64,000 bases of DNA, taken from assembly GCA_039804165.1 (NCBI GenBank), contig JBDRZZ010000008.1, forward strand, positions 448 to 64,447, in the 5' to 3' direction. Below the pieces are notes generated by a model. It did not search any database. It was given only the letters and a program-made list of their open reading frames with translations, and was not told where the DNA came from. This DNA is from a candidate division WOR-3 bacterium (GTDB lineage Bacteria; Hydrothermota; UBA3072). Positions 26,282 to 36,201 of this stretch are shown one piece after another; position 1 is the first letter of the stretch; each line of letters opens with the position of its first letter. A program made the position numbers and the translations under genes.

Positions 26282-28123
26282 TTATGGCCCTCTTTTTCTT
26301 TCTCCAAGAAGTATTATATCTCTGAGATTTTCTATGCTTTTTGCTCTTATCCATCTATCCATAAAATCAGATTCTCTTACAATCTGTGCAATAGAAGTAA
26401 GAACTCTCAAGTGAAAATTCCTTTCATCTTTTGTTCCTATGAGAACGAAAATGGCTTTCACCTTCGGAAATTCTTCTCCCCAATTTACACCTTCTTTAGC
26501 TCTGGCAAGAAGAATGTTAAATTGTTTTTCACCTTGGATTATTATATGGGGTATTGCTATATCAGAGTTTATTGCAGTCGGACTTTCTTTTTCTCTTTCT
26601 ATGAAAAGATGATAAAGCTTCTCTTTAGGTATACCAATGGATGGAGAAAGTTTTTCTGCTACGAGTTTGAAAAAATTATTTAAATCTATTTTTTCTTTGA
26701 TATCCAAAATTGAGCATTTTTCAATTAGTTCATCTAAACGATCTTTTTGAATTTTATCTCTTTCTCTAATTATTTCTTTTAATTCATTTTCGAGAGAATG
26801 AGAAGTTAATTCTTTTGCTGTTATTCTTTCAATTAGATATAAAAGGGCAAATTCCTCTTTTCTTTTTGATCTCCCATAGATTAGGTAAGTGATAAGAGCT
26901 CCTGCTACAAGAAATATGACAATTAAAATGGCTTCTCTCCCCATTTCAAGAATAAAAAATGCAGAGCCTATTAATCCAGTTATCTGTGGAAAAGGATAAA
27001 TGGGACTTTTAAATCTTGGTCTATAGTTTCCTATCCCACTTTGCCTCATAACTATCACAGCGCAAGAAGAGAGGAAATAAGTCATTATAAGGACAATCGA
27101 GGCAGCTTCTATAAGGATATCTAACGGAAAGAATAAAGAAATTATCATGACTGTTCCAGTTAGGAGAATGGCGAGATGTGGTGTGCAAAATTTCTTGTTT
27201 GTTTGCTGAAGAATCTTAGGGAGAAGATTATCTCGACTCATTGCAAGTGGATATCTTGAGGCAGACATAATACTGGCATTTGCTGTAGAAATAAAGGCAA
27301 AAATTGCAGCAATACTTAAGAGAACTCTACCCCATTCTCCCATGAAGGTAGAGGCTCCATCAGAAATGGGAGTTAGAGAGTTATCTAAAGAATTTCCAAG
27401 GACTCCTCCTGTGACAAGAACCATAAGGATGTAAAGTGTTCCTATTGTTAGAAGAGAAAAAATCATTGCTAAAGGTATAATTCTTTCTGGCTCTTTTACT
27501 TCCTCTGCAATGCTTGCAATCTTTAAAATACCTCCGTAGGAGACAAAAACAAAACCTGCAGTAGAAAAGATCGCGCGAAATCCCTTAGAAGCAAAACCTC
27601 TAAAATGCTCTACTTTAATATTTGGGATTCCTAAGGTAATATAAAGAATCATTACTCCAAGGAGAAAAACGACCAAAACAACTTGTGCTCTTCCTGCCTC
27701 TTTAATTCCTATTATGTTAAGAACTATGAATATTATACAAAGGCTGATTGAGATAAAATGGATGTTAAGATCAACTAAGATAGAGGTAAACTCAGCCATA
27801 CCCACCAAAGCAAAAGCTCCCTTAAGAGATAAAGAAAACCAAGTTAAAAGTCCATCGACAGTGCCTACTAAAGGTCCCATACTCCTTGTGACATAAAAAT
27901 ATGCTCCTCCAGCCTTTGGCATTGCAGATACAAGCTCTGCTTGAGATAGAATTCCTGTTAAAGCAAGGCATCCTGCAATAAAATAAGAGATTATTACAGC
28001 AGGGCCTGCTCTTAAATAAGCGATTCCTGGTAAAATAAAGATTCCAGAGCTTATCATCGCTCCAGAAGCAACACAAAAGATCTCAATAAAATTAAGCTTT
28101 TTGGATAATTTTGAATTTCTCAT
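26282..28123 (-). CDS. APC-superfamily amino acid/polyamine permease fused to a C-terminal PTS EIIA(Ntr/Mtl)-type domain
   Basis: About 12 TM segments with 'GAMISSGIFILPG'. The C-terminal ~150 aa, 'DIAIPHIIIQG...VKAIFVLIGTKDERNFHLRVLTSIAQ', matches the PTS_EIIA_2 pattern including the His of 'IPH'. Confidence 0.75.
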   Translation of the reverse strand: MRNSKLSKKLNFIEIFCVASGAMISSGIFILPGIAYLRAGPAVIISYFIAGCLALTGILSQAELVSAMPKAGGAYFYVTRSMGPLVGTVDGLLTWFSLSLKGAFALVGMAEFTSILVDLNIHFISISLCIIFIVLNIIGIKEAGRAQVVLVVFLLGVMILYITLGIPNIKVEHFRGFASKGFRAIFSTAGFVFVSYGGILKIASIAEEVKEPERIIPLAMIFSLLTIGTLYILMVLVTGGVLGNSLDNSLTPISDGASTFMGEWGRVLLSIAAIFAFISTANASIMSASRYPLAMSRDNLLPKILQQTNKKFCTPHLAILLTGTVMIISLFFPLDILIEAASIVLIMTYFLSSCAVIVMRQSGIGNYRPRFKSPIYPFPQITGLIGSAFFILEMGREAILIVIFLVAGALITYLIYGRSKRKEEFALLYLIERITAKELTSHSLENELKEIIRERDKIQKDRLDELIEKCSILDIKEKIDLNNFFKLVAEKLSPSIGIPKEKLYHLFIEREKESPTAINSDIAIPHIIIQGEKQFNILLARAKEGVNWGEEFPKVKAIFVLIGTKDERNFHLRVLTSIAQIVRESDFMDRWIRAKSIENLRDIILLGERKRGP

Positions 28124-28128
28124 AGCCC

Positions 28129-28157
28129 ATTATAGTGAGGGAAGGGGAATAAGTCAA
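28129..28157 (-). promoter_or_regulatory. Near-consensus sigma70 promoter abutting the permease ATG (leaderless candidate)
   Basis: On the minus strand, TTGACT (28157-28152), a 17-nt spacer and TATAAT (28134-28129). GGGCT follows, then the ATG at 28123. There is no SD. Confidence 0.55.
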
Positions 28158-28183
28158 GTAATTTTAACTAAAGATTCTAAAAC

Positions 28184-28212
28184 AAAAATAGGGGAAATAA
28201 TCCCCTATTTTT
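28184..28212 (-). terminator. Intrinsic terminator hairpin with a perfect 11-bp stem
   Basis: AAAAATAGGGG (28184-28194) pairs with CCCCTATTTTT (28202-28212) around a 7-nt loop. On the minus strand it is followed by a T-rich tract. It lies 26 nt after the stop of the 28238-29044 gene. Confidence 0.7.
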
Positions 28213-28237
28213 GAGAAATTTTATAACATTTCTATGG

Positions 28238-29044
28238 TTATTTAAAAATTATGAGTTTGCTCTTTTTCGTCACTTTACCTGCAACAAGTTTTACTATGTA
28301 AATTCCTCCTGGAGCCTCTACTTTGAATTCGTGGGTCCCTTTAGTCATCACCCCTGGAGCTATTTCAGCTATTTTTGTACCTGTGAGATTGTAAACACTT
28401 ATTAAGATAGGAGCAGACTCATCCAATGAAAACTTTATTTTATTTATTGAAGGTTCAAGAGTGATCTTTTCTGGGTCGCTAAATAGATTAACTCCAGAAC
28501 CACCTTGCCGAGAGACACTGGAAACTAAATCTACGTAAACCGTGCATTCCGGACTTTCTACAGCGCTTGTGAATTCAATTCCCGCTCTTATTATGGGAAG
28601 AGTTAATTCGGATATGTCACACCAATTACAATGCCATTCATCTTTTGGAAGGGAAGCCCAACTTTGATAGTGACCATGCCACCCCCAACTTTCGTTCTGG
28701 ATAAAAGGTTGCATGCTACTCATTGCATCATCATATCCACTAGGCAAATACACCCAAAAGAATACAGTATCTCCAAACTGAAGATCACTGGTTAAAGGAG
28801 TATTATCTGCACCAAAAGCCCATTTCATCTTCCCCGTTCCTTGAGGATCGTTAAAGACTACCTTTAAAGAATAGTTTCCCTCGTAAGCAATATCACTGGA
28901 TCGTTCTATTAAACTTATTGGGCACCACGCTTGTTCATATAGATTTCCATTGAATGGTTGTTCTTCGGTTTCAAAATCAAAAGTTCCTTTTCCAAATAAT
29001 GTTAAAGAAAAAACTATAATACATACCCCTATTAATTTCTTCAT
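28238..29044 (-). CDS. Small secreted protein: CBM-like jelly-roll N-domain plus T9SS C-terminal sorting domain
   Basis: I prefer the ATG at 29044 (GGAGG upstream), giving the signal peptide 'MKKLIGVCIIVFSLTLF'. 'FDFETEE...GNYSLKVVF' looks CBM-like. The C terminus 'LISVYNLTGTKIAEI...GIYIVKLVAGKVTKKSKLIIFK' looks like a T9SS CTD. Confidence 0.65.
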   Translation of the reverse strand: MKKLIGVCIIVFSLTLFGKGTFDFETEEQPFNGNLYEQAWCPISLIERSSDIAYEGNYSLKVVFNDPQGTGKMKWAFGADNTPLTSDLQFGDTVFFWVYLPSGYDDAMSSMQPFIQNESWGWHGHYQSWASLPKDEWHCNWCDISELTLPIIRAGIEFTSAVESPECTVYVDLVSSVSRQGGSGVNLFSDPEKITLEPSINKIKFSLDESAPILISVYNLTGTKIAEIAPGVMTKGTHEFKVEAPGGIYIVKLVAGKVTKKSKLIIFK

Positions 29045-29127
29045 ATCCGCCTCCTTTTTAAGATTATATTTTAAATATATAAAAAATTTTATTTTTGTCA
29101 AGTGTATAACCATTTAAAACGGATTTT

Positions 29128-29155
29128 TATCCCCCCCTTGACAAATCTGATAATT
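29128..29155 (+). promoter_or_regulatory. sigma70-like promoter of groESL
   Basis: TTGACA (29128-29133), a 16-nt spacer and TATTAT (29150-29155), about 85 nt upstream of the groES ATG. No CIRCE inverted repeat is visible. Confidence 0.55.
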
Positions 29156-29241
29156 GATGTATTATTATTAATAAACTTTAGGTGGTAATTTCCTTTTAGT
29201 TTCGTTTTGGTCAAACATAAAAAATAGAAAGGAGGTAATTT

Positions 29242-29514
29242 ATGATAGAACCAGTAGGGAGACGTGTGTTGGTTAAAAGGATTGAAGAGGAAGAAAAGAA
29301 AGGAGGAATTATAGTGCCTGATACAGCAAAGGAGAAGCCTCAGTGGGGTATTGTTGAAAATGTGGCAAAGGTTAAGAAAGATGATGATCCTCTACCTGTG
29401 AAGAAAGGGGATAAAGTTCTATTTGGAAAGTATAGTGGAACAGAAATAGAGTATGAAGGGGAAGAATATCTAATATTGAATGAAGATGATATTCTTGCGA
29501 AAATAGAAAAGTAA
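29242..29514 (+). CDS. groES: Co-chaperonin GroES
   Basis: 90 aa. '[33 protein letters not shown]' is the canonical Cpn10 mobile-loop region. SD AAGGAGG is present. Confidence 0.97.
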   Translation: MIEPVGRRVLVKRIEEEEKKGGIIVPDTAKEKPQWGIVENVAKVKKDDDPLPVKKGDKVLFGKYSGTEIEYEGEEYLILNEDDILAKIEK

Positions 29515-31158
<1,644 letters not shown>

Positions 31159-31177
31159 TGGAATAGGAAGAGTTTAT

Positions 31178-31209
31178 AAATGGGGCAGTTAATCTGCCCC
31201 ATTTTTTTT
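31178..31209. terminator. Intrinsic terminator after groEL
   Basis: AAATGGGGCAG (31178-31188) pairs with CTGCCCCATTT (31194-31204), and the T run extends to 31209. The stop codon of the convergent methyltransferase gene (31189-31191) sits in the loop. Confidence 0.75.
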
Positions 31210-31956
31210 GGCAACGTATAAAATTCTTCGCGTAAATTTGTCCACTTTGTTGTGTTCAAAGCATTTAAATGTATTTATAACCTTAAAATTTGAAAGCTTT
31301 AAAGCGTATTTTACTTCCTCTTCTTCGTAACCTCTTTCTTTATGAATCTCATCTATTCTTCTCCATCTTCCGTTCTCTTTGACAAAAAGAGTCAAATGAA
31401 GAGTTAGGATTTTAGAATCTTTATCATATGAGTTTCTCCAAATACTTATAAAATTTTGATTTTCTTCTCTAACTTCTCTTCCACTAGCACATCTTAAACC
31501 ATAAGGGGTGTTTAAGTCGAAAATAAAATGTCCTTCTGGTTTGAGAGCCTCTTTTATAGAGTAAAAAGCTTGAATTAGCTTTTTTAATTCAAGAAGATAA
31601 TTTAGAGAATCGAACATTGAAATTGCAAGATTGAAATAATTTAAAAAAGGTATTCTAAGAGCATTTGCTTGAACAAGAAGGAGGTCTGGCTTTTTTTCTT
31701 TTGCCACTTTTAGCATTTCTATAGAATTATCCATCCCTAAAATTGGCGTTAAGTTTCTATTTAAAAAGGGAATGGTTGAATTTCCGGTTCCACAGGTTAC
31801 ATCCAAAAGAGGAGTTGTTTTTATATTGAAAAGATTAATAGTTTCTAATATGTATTCAATCCACTCATCATATTTTACGTCTTTCATTAAAAGATCGTAG
31901 TATCTTGCAATATTAGTGTATGGTTTATTTGAATGGCTTAAAGACAACGGTTCCAT
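31189..31956 (-). CDS. Class I SAM-dependent methyltransferase
   Basis: Motif I is 'LLDVTCGTGNSTIPF', with motif post-I/II spacing typical of Methyltransf_11/25. It is 255 aa. Confidence 0.75.
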   Translation of the reverse strand: MEPLSLSHSNKPYTNIARYYDLLMKDVKYDEWIEYILETINLFNIKTTPLLDVTCGTGNSTIPFLNRNLTPILGMDNSIEMLKVAKEKKPDLLLVQANALRIPFLNYFNLAISMFDSLNYLLELKKLIQAFYSIKEALKPEGHFIFDLNTPYGLRCASGREVREENQNFISIWRNSYDKDSKILTLHLTLFVKENGRWRRIDEIHKERGYEEEEVKYALKLSNFKVINTFKCFEHNKVDKFTRRILYVAKKNGAD

Positions 31957-32710
31957 TTTCTATTTTAAAAACACCCTCAGAGACTATAGGTATGAAGGGT
32001 AGATACCCTTCTTTATAAAGAGTAAAGAGGGAAGGGGCATAATATTTTTTATCCTTGTAGAAATTTTTATATTGAGTTGAGATGATTCTAATTATACCTT
32101 TAATTGCTTTTTCTTTTGAAACTTCATTTGTTGCCTTCTCGTAAAAGTGGAGATATAGTCTGAGTCCCAACTCAACTCTCTTTTCTTTAAGAAGCGTCCA
32201 GCTTGCAAATCTAATAGCCAATTCTGGGGCGTTTTCTTTCTGAGACGCAAAGAGAAACCATTTTGAGGCGCTTTGATAATCTCTTTTATAGACATAGTAT
32301 ATAAATCCTTTCACAAAAGGAATTTCCCATCTTTCGGGATTATTCGCCATTCCCTTATTAAGTAATTTAGTGGCTAAGGGAATATTTTTTACATCATCTG
32401 CAAGAATCATTCCTCCAAATGTATAAGTAGAGATAAATTTTGGATCAAGTTCAGTAATTACATCATACATATGGAAAAGATATGGGTAACTTCTGTCAGT
32501 TTTTCTATGTTTACCAAAATAAAGATTGGCTTCAATCCATAATAAGTCGGATAAAAGAATGTCAAAACCTCCTGTGAGAGCTTTAATGAAATTACTTGAT
32601 GGAAAATAGAGGATCTCTTCTCTTTCTTGTTTTGGAAACCATTTAAACCACCTTGTTTCTATTAAAGCAAGAAGGATTATTAGAAGAACTAAAAGAACCA
32701 ATCTTTTCAT
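31925..32710 (-). CDS. Hypothetical N-terminally anchored helical-repeat (TPR-like) protein
   Basis: TM segment 'LVLLVLLIILLALI' followed by helical-repeat-like sequence. It overlaps both neighbouring genes. Confidence 0.5.
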   Translation of the reverse strand: MKRLVLLVLLIILLALIETRWFKWFPKQEREEILYFPSSNFIKALTGGFDILLSDLLWIEANLYFGKHRKTDRSYPYLFHMYDVITELDPKFISTYTFGGMILADDVKNIPLATKLLNKGMANNPERWEIPFVKGFIYYVYKRDYQSASKWFLFASQKENAPELAIRFASWTLLKEKRVELGLRLYLHFYEKATNEVSKEKAIKGIIRIISTQYKNFYKDKKYYAPSLFTLYKEGYLPFIPIVSEGVFKIENGTVVFKPFK

Positions 32711-33474
32711 AAAAATTCCTTTTTGTAGTATAAGAAAGAGGATAATATTATGAGAATTATAGAATATAAAAGAGAGTAGGAAAAAGCCAAAATATAAGCC
32801 CCTAAAGGTAAAGGTAGGTGATAAACTACTGTTGCTTTAATGTTAAATGGAGAGAAATTGGGCAAGATGTAAAATAAAAATTTGAAGAACCAAGATAATT
32901 CTGGAGCATTTATTACATAAGGAAAGGTGATAAGATAATAGCTAAGATGAGCGATAAAGAAAAGAACCAAAGTTAAAATTCCAGAAGTTAAAGGAGAAGT
33001 AAAGGCTGAAAGAAAAATTGCAAGAGCATCCAGAAGAAAAAATTCAAAAAGGAAGAAATAGAGAATTTTGAGTAAATGTATCTCGAAGACTCCTAAATAG
33101 AGTTTATAGAAGAGGGAAAAGATAAAAAATAGTAAAACTTGAACCACAATTGTTAGATAATATAATCCTAAGAATTTACCTCCAACGAATTCCAGAGATT
33201 CTACAGGTTTAGACATAATAGAGTAAATTGTTTTTCTTTCTACTTCATCGTAAAGAATCCTTGTTCCAATGAGTATAACAACTAAAACACCAAAGATCTC
33301 AATTATACTAATTCCAAAGTCTTTTATTACCTTTGCTCCTTCTCCAACGGAGATTGGAATGAAAATTTTTGAAAAGGCTAAAAGGAGAAATCCCACCACT
33401 CCGATAGAGATAATAGTTTTATCTCTTATTGCTTCTTTAAATGTGTTTAGAGCAATTGTCAATGTCTTACTCAT
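32707..33474 (-). CDS. ABC-2 type (NosY-like) transporter permease
   Basis: About six TM segments. The N-terminal 'LNTFKEAIRDKT' motif is typical of COG1277-type ABC-2 permeases. 8-nt overlap with the ATPase gene. Confidence 0.65.
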   Translation of the reverse strand: MSKTLTIALNTFKEAIRDKTIISIGVVGFLLLAFSKIFIPISVGEGAKVIKDFGISIIEIFGVLVVILIGTRILYDEVERKTIYSIMSKPVESLEFVGGKFLGLYYLTIVVQVLLFFIFSLFYKLYLGVFEIHLLKILYFFLFEFFLLDALAIFLSAFTSPLTSGILTLVLFFIAHLSYYLITFPYVINAPELSWFFKFLFYILPNFSPFNIKATVVYHLPLPLGAYILAFSYSLLYSIILIILSSFLYYKKEFL

Positions 33475-34375
33475 TTATTATCTTGATGAAATATTCTTCA
33501 AGGTTCTTTTTAATAGGAGACACAGATAAGATTTTCCCCTTCTTTTTTATTACTTCTTTTATCACTTTATCCCTTTCTTTCTCATTTTTAACTCTTAAAA
33601 ATACAGTTCCTTTTTCTACTTTCATTTCTCCATATTTTTCGAACTTTTTTGGTTCCTTTATTCCTTCAAATTCTATTTCTATATAATTAATTTTTTCTTC
33701 TAAAATTTCTTTTATCGCACCCACTTTTTTCATTTTCCCGTTAAATATAATTCCTACTCTACTACAAATAGCTTCTACATCTGGAAGAATGTGGGAAGAA
33801 AATAAGATCGTTTTTCCTTGTTTATTAATTTCTACAATTAAATCTTTTAATTCTCTTCTCCCTATTGGATCAAGTGCACTAAGAGGTTCGTCAAGAATTA
33901 CAAATTCAGGATCCCCAATAATAGCTTGAGCAAACCCAATTCTTTGAATCATCCCTTTTGAATACATATGAATTCTTTTTCCAATACTTTTTGAAAGTCC
34001 CACCATTTCCAATAAATTATCAATTTCTTTTTTGGAAACTTTTTTACCATAAAGCTTTGCATAAAATTCAAGAAGCTCTCTTCCTGTTAAGTGTGGATAA
34101 AAGGAAGGATTTTCTGGTAAAAATCCAATTTTTCTTCTTGCGTAAAGAGGTTCTAAGCTTTCAAATAGTTTTATCTTTCCCTTTGTTGGTCGAATAAGAC
34201 CTGTGATTATTTTTAGAGTTGTTGTTTTACCTGCGCCATTTGGACCTAAAAGTCCAAATATTTCTCCCTCTTCAATTTCCATACTTAGATTGTTTACACC
34301 TATAATTTTTTTAAGCAAGAAAGGGGATCGATAAATTTTGACTATAGAATCAATTTCCAAGACCTTCATTCCCAA
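33467..34375 (-). CDS. ABC transporter ATP-binding protein
   Basis: Walker A 'GPNGAGKTT', signature-like 'YSKGMIQRIGFAQA' and Walker B 'VILDEPLSALD'. It is 302 aa. Confidence 0.85.
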   Translation of the reverse strand: MGMKVLEIDSIVKIYRSPFLLKKIIGVNNLSMEIEEGEIFGLLGPNGAGKTTTLKIITGLIRPTKGKIKLFESLEPLYARRKIGFLPENPSFYPHLTGRELLEFYAKLYGKKVSKKEIDNLLEMVGLSKSIGKRIHMYSKGMIQRIGFAQAIIGDPEFVILDEPLSALDPIGRRELKDLIVEINKQGKTILFSSHILPDVEAICSRVGIIFNGKMKKVGAIKEILEEKINYIEIEFEGIKEPKKFEKYGEMKVEKGTVFLRVKNEKERDKVIKEVIKKKGKILSVSPIKKNLEEYFIKIINE

Positions 34376-35475
34376 ATTCCACTTATTTTTTCACCACATT
34401 TTGGGCAACTATTGTTTTTTATTTTATTGGTAAGGACAAAAAATCCCCTTCTTCTTATTAAGATTTCTCCACATTTTGGGCAATAAGTGTTCTCTCCAGG
34501 GTCTCCCTGAGGGACATTTCCAACATAAGAGTGCTTAATCCCCATTTTTAGGGCGAGTTCTCTTGCCATTTGAACGCTTTCTAATGGAGTGGGGGGAAGA
34601 TTCGTTAGTTTATAGGTTGGGTAAAACCTTGAGAAATGAATTGGAACTTCATCTCCTAAGTTATTTAAAACCCAACTTACCATTTCTTTTATCTCTTTTT
34701 TATCATCATTTATTGTAGGAATCACCAAATAAGTGATTTCGATCCAAACTCCTCCATCTTTAAGTTTTTTTAAAGTGCGGAGGACAGGTTGAAGAGTTCC
34801 AGATGAGATTTCTCTATAAGAGGTCTCTTTGAAAAACTTTAAATCAATATTTGCCCCATCAAGGAAGGGAATTAGGTCTATTAAGGGTTTCTCGTTTAAA
34901 TAACCGTTAGAATGATAAATATTTTTTAGCCCTTTATTTTTTGCAAGCTTACAGGAATCAATCATATATTCAATAAAAATAGAAGGTTCTGTATAAGTGT
35001 AAGCAATAGAGCTTATATTGTATTTATCTTTGTAAGAGAGAACATCTTCTACAAGGGCCTCTGGAGGGAGTCTATAATTATTTGTTTCTTCTGGAGGGAC
35101 CTGGGATATATGATAATTCTGACAATATTTACATCTCATATTACAACCAGCTGTGGCTATTGAATAAGCAGTTGTCCCCGGGAAAAAATGGTAAAGAGGT
35201 TTTTTCTCAATGGGGTCAATATGAACAGCACAGGGGTTACCATAACTTAGGGTGTATAATTTTCCTTTTCTGTTTTCTCTAACTCTGCAGAAGCCTCTTT
35301 GTTTATCATTTAAAATACATTTATGAGGGCAATTTTCGCACTGGACAGTGTTTCCTTCTTTTTTTACCCAATATGAAGCTAATTTTGGAGAGACATAATA
35401 ACCTCTCTCCTCTTGCTTGGTTAAGCCTATTAAAGGTAAAACTGAAAGAGTTTTTAAGAACTCCCTTCTATTCAT
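34366..35475 (-). CDS. AmmeMemoRadiSam-system-type radical SAM enzyme with an N-terminal twin-arginine signal and a C-terminal zinc ribbon
   Basis: 'NRREFLK' matches the Tat consensus. 'VQCENCPHKCIL...GFCRVREN', 'DPIEKKPLYHFFPG' and 'GCNMRCKYCQNYHIS' match the family signature as I recall it. The C terminus is 'CPKCG...CPKCG'. Confidence 0.75.
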   Translation of the reverse strand: MNRREFLKTLSVLPLIGLTKQEERGYYVSPKLASYWVKKEGNTVQCENCPHKCILNDKQRGFCRVRENRKGKLYTLSYGNPCAVHIDPIEKKPLYHFFPGTTAYSIATAGCNMRCKYCQNYHISQVPPEETNNYRLPPEALVEDVLSYKDKYNISSIAYTYTEPSIFIEYMIDSCKLAKNKGLKNIYHSNGYLNEKPLIDLIPFLDGANIDLKFFKETSYREISSGTLQPVLRTLKKLKDGGVWIEITYLVIPTINDDKKEIKEMVSWVLNNLGDEVPIHFSRFYPTYKLTNLPPTPLESVQMARELALKMGIKHSYVGNVPQGDPGENTYCPKCGEILIRRRGFFVLTNKIKNNSCPKCGEKISGIWE

Positions 35476-35482
35476 TTAATAA

Positions 35483-35510
35483 ATTTTAATTCTTTTTTGT
35501 TCTTTGTCAA
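35483..35510 (-). promoter_or_regulatory. sigma70-like promoter abutting the radical SAM ATG (leaderless candidate)
   Basis: On the minus strand, TTGACA (35510-35505), a 16-nt spacer and TAAAAT (35488-35483). Seven nt (TTATTAA) follow before the ATG at 35475. There is no SD. Confidence 0.5.
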
Positions 35511-35521
35511 CTTAATTATGC

Positions 35522-35549
35522 TTGACTTTTAATTAAAAAAATTTATAAT
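35522..35549 (+). promoter_or_regulatory. sigma70-like promoter, divergent from the previous one
   Basis: TTGACT (35522-35527), a 16-nt spacer and TATAAT (35544-35549). SD AAGGAGGAG lies before the ATG at 35570. Confidence 0.55.
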
Positions 35550-35569
35550 TCTTTTAAAAGGAGGAGATA

Positions 35570-36046
35570 ATGAAAAAATTCTTATTAGTTGTGGTGGGTT
35601 TATTTTTTGTCTTTTCTCTAAGCGGGCGGTCTAAACTTGAATTTTCTCCGAAATTGACTGTTTATCTTGATGGTGGACAGAGTTTTGGAATTGGAGCAGA
35701 TCTTACAGTGAATCCTAAGAAGTGGTTTGGATTAAGAATGAATTTGGCTGAATTCCTTTTGGGAGATTTGGAAGGTTTTTCTTTAAATATTTCTAATGAG
35801 ATTAATCGTACAACTTTTGATTTTCTTTACTATACAAATCTTACTATTATTTCTTATTTAGATTTTACTTTTGGTTTTCTTTCCCTAGAACATAGTGATT
35901 TCTTTGCAATTGGGTTTGGATTAGGTCTTGAGAAATATATGGGTAAGGGCAACTATTTGTTTTTTGAACCAGGAATTTCCTATTTAGATATTGGAGATGG
36001 AGAAGTTGTTTTTAGGCTGCCAATTGGTTTTAAGATGGGAATTTAG
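35570..36046 (+). CDS. Small hypothetical outer-membrane beta-barrel-like protein
   Basis: Signal peptide 'LLVVVGLFFVFSLSG' and alternating hydrophobic strands. It is 158 aa. Confidence 0.5.
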   Translation: MKKFLLVVVGLFFVFSLSGRSKLEFSPKLTVYLDGGQSFGIGADLTVNPKKWFGLRMNLAEFLLGDLEGFSLNISNEINRTTFDFLYYTNLTIISYLDFTFGFLSLEHSDFFAIGFGLGLEKYMGKGNYLFFEPGISYLDIGDGEVVFRLPIGFKMGI

Positions 36047-36065
36047 AGAAATTTTAGGAGTTCCT

Positions 36066-36098
36066 AAAGGCTGTATAGATCACCTATACAGCCTTTTT
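36066..36098 (+). terminator. Intrinsic terminator
   Basis: AAAGGCTGTATA (36066-36077) pairs with TATACAGCCTTT (36085-36096), followed by T residues. Confidence 0.7.
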
Positions 36099-36146
36099 AT
36101 ATTTAATTAATTAAAGTATTTAAAATTTATTAGAGCAATCCAGTTA

Positions 36147-36174
36147 TTGACAAATTGGAGAAAAGTAATAGTTT
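36147..36174 (+). promoter_or_regulatory. Weak sigma70-like promoter candidate for the corrinoid gene pair
   Basis: TTGACA (36147-36152), a 16-nt spacer and TAGTTT (36169-36174). The -10 box is poor. Confidence 0.3.
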
Positions 36175-36201
36175 ATTTTTATTTAAAGAGAGGAGGGTAT
36201 A

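Noticed and set aside
29100-29241. CIRCE (HrcA operator, TTAGCACTC-N9-GAGTGCTAA) upstream of groES.
   Set aside because: No match or near match is visible between the promoter and the start codon. Heat-shock control must work some other way, but absence of an element is not a finding I can develop further.
36047-36201. Cobalamin riboswitch upstream of the corrinoid protein gene.
   Set aside because: After the terminator, the intergenic region leaves only about 100 nt, which is AT-rich and has no B12-box-like GC-rich core. It is too short for the aptamer.
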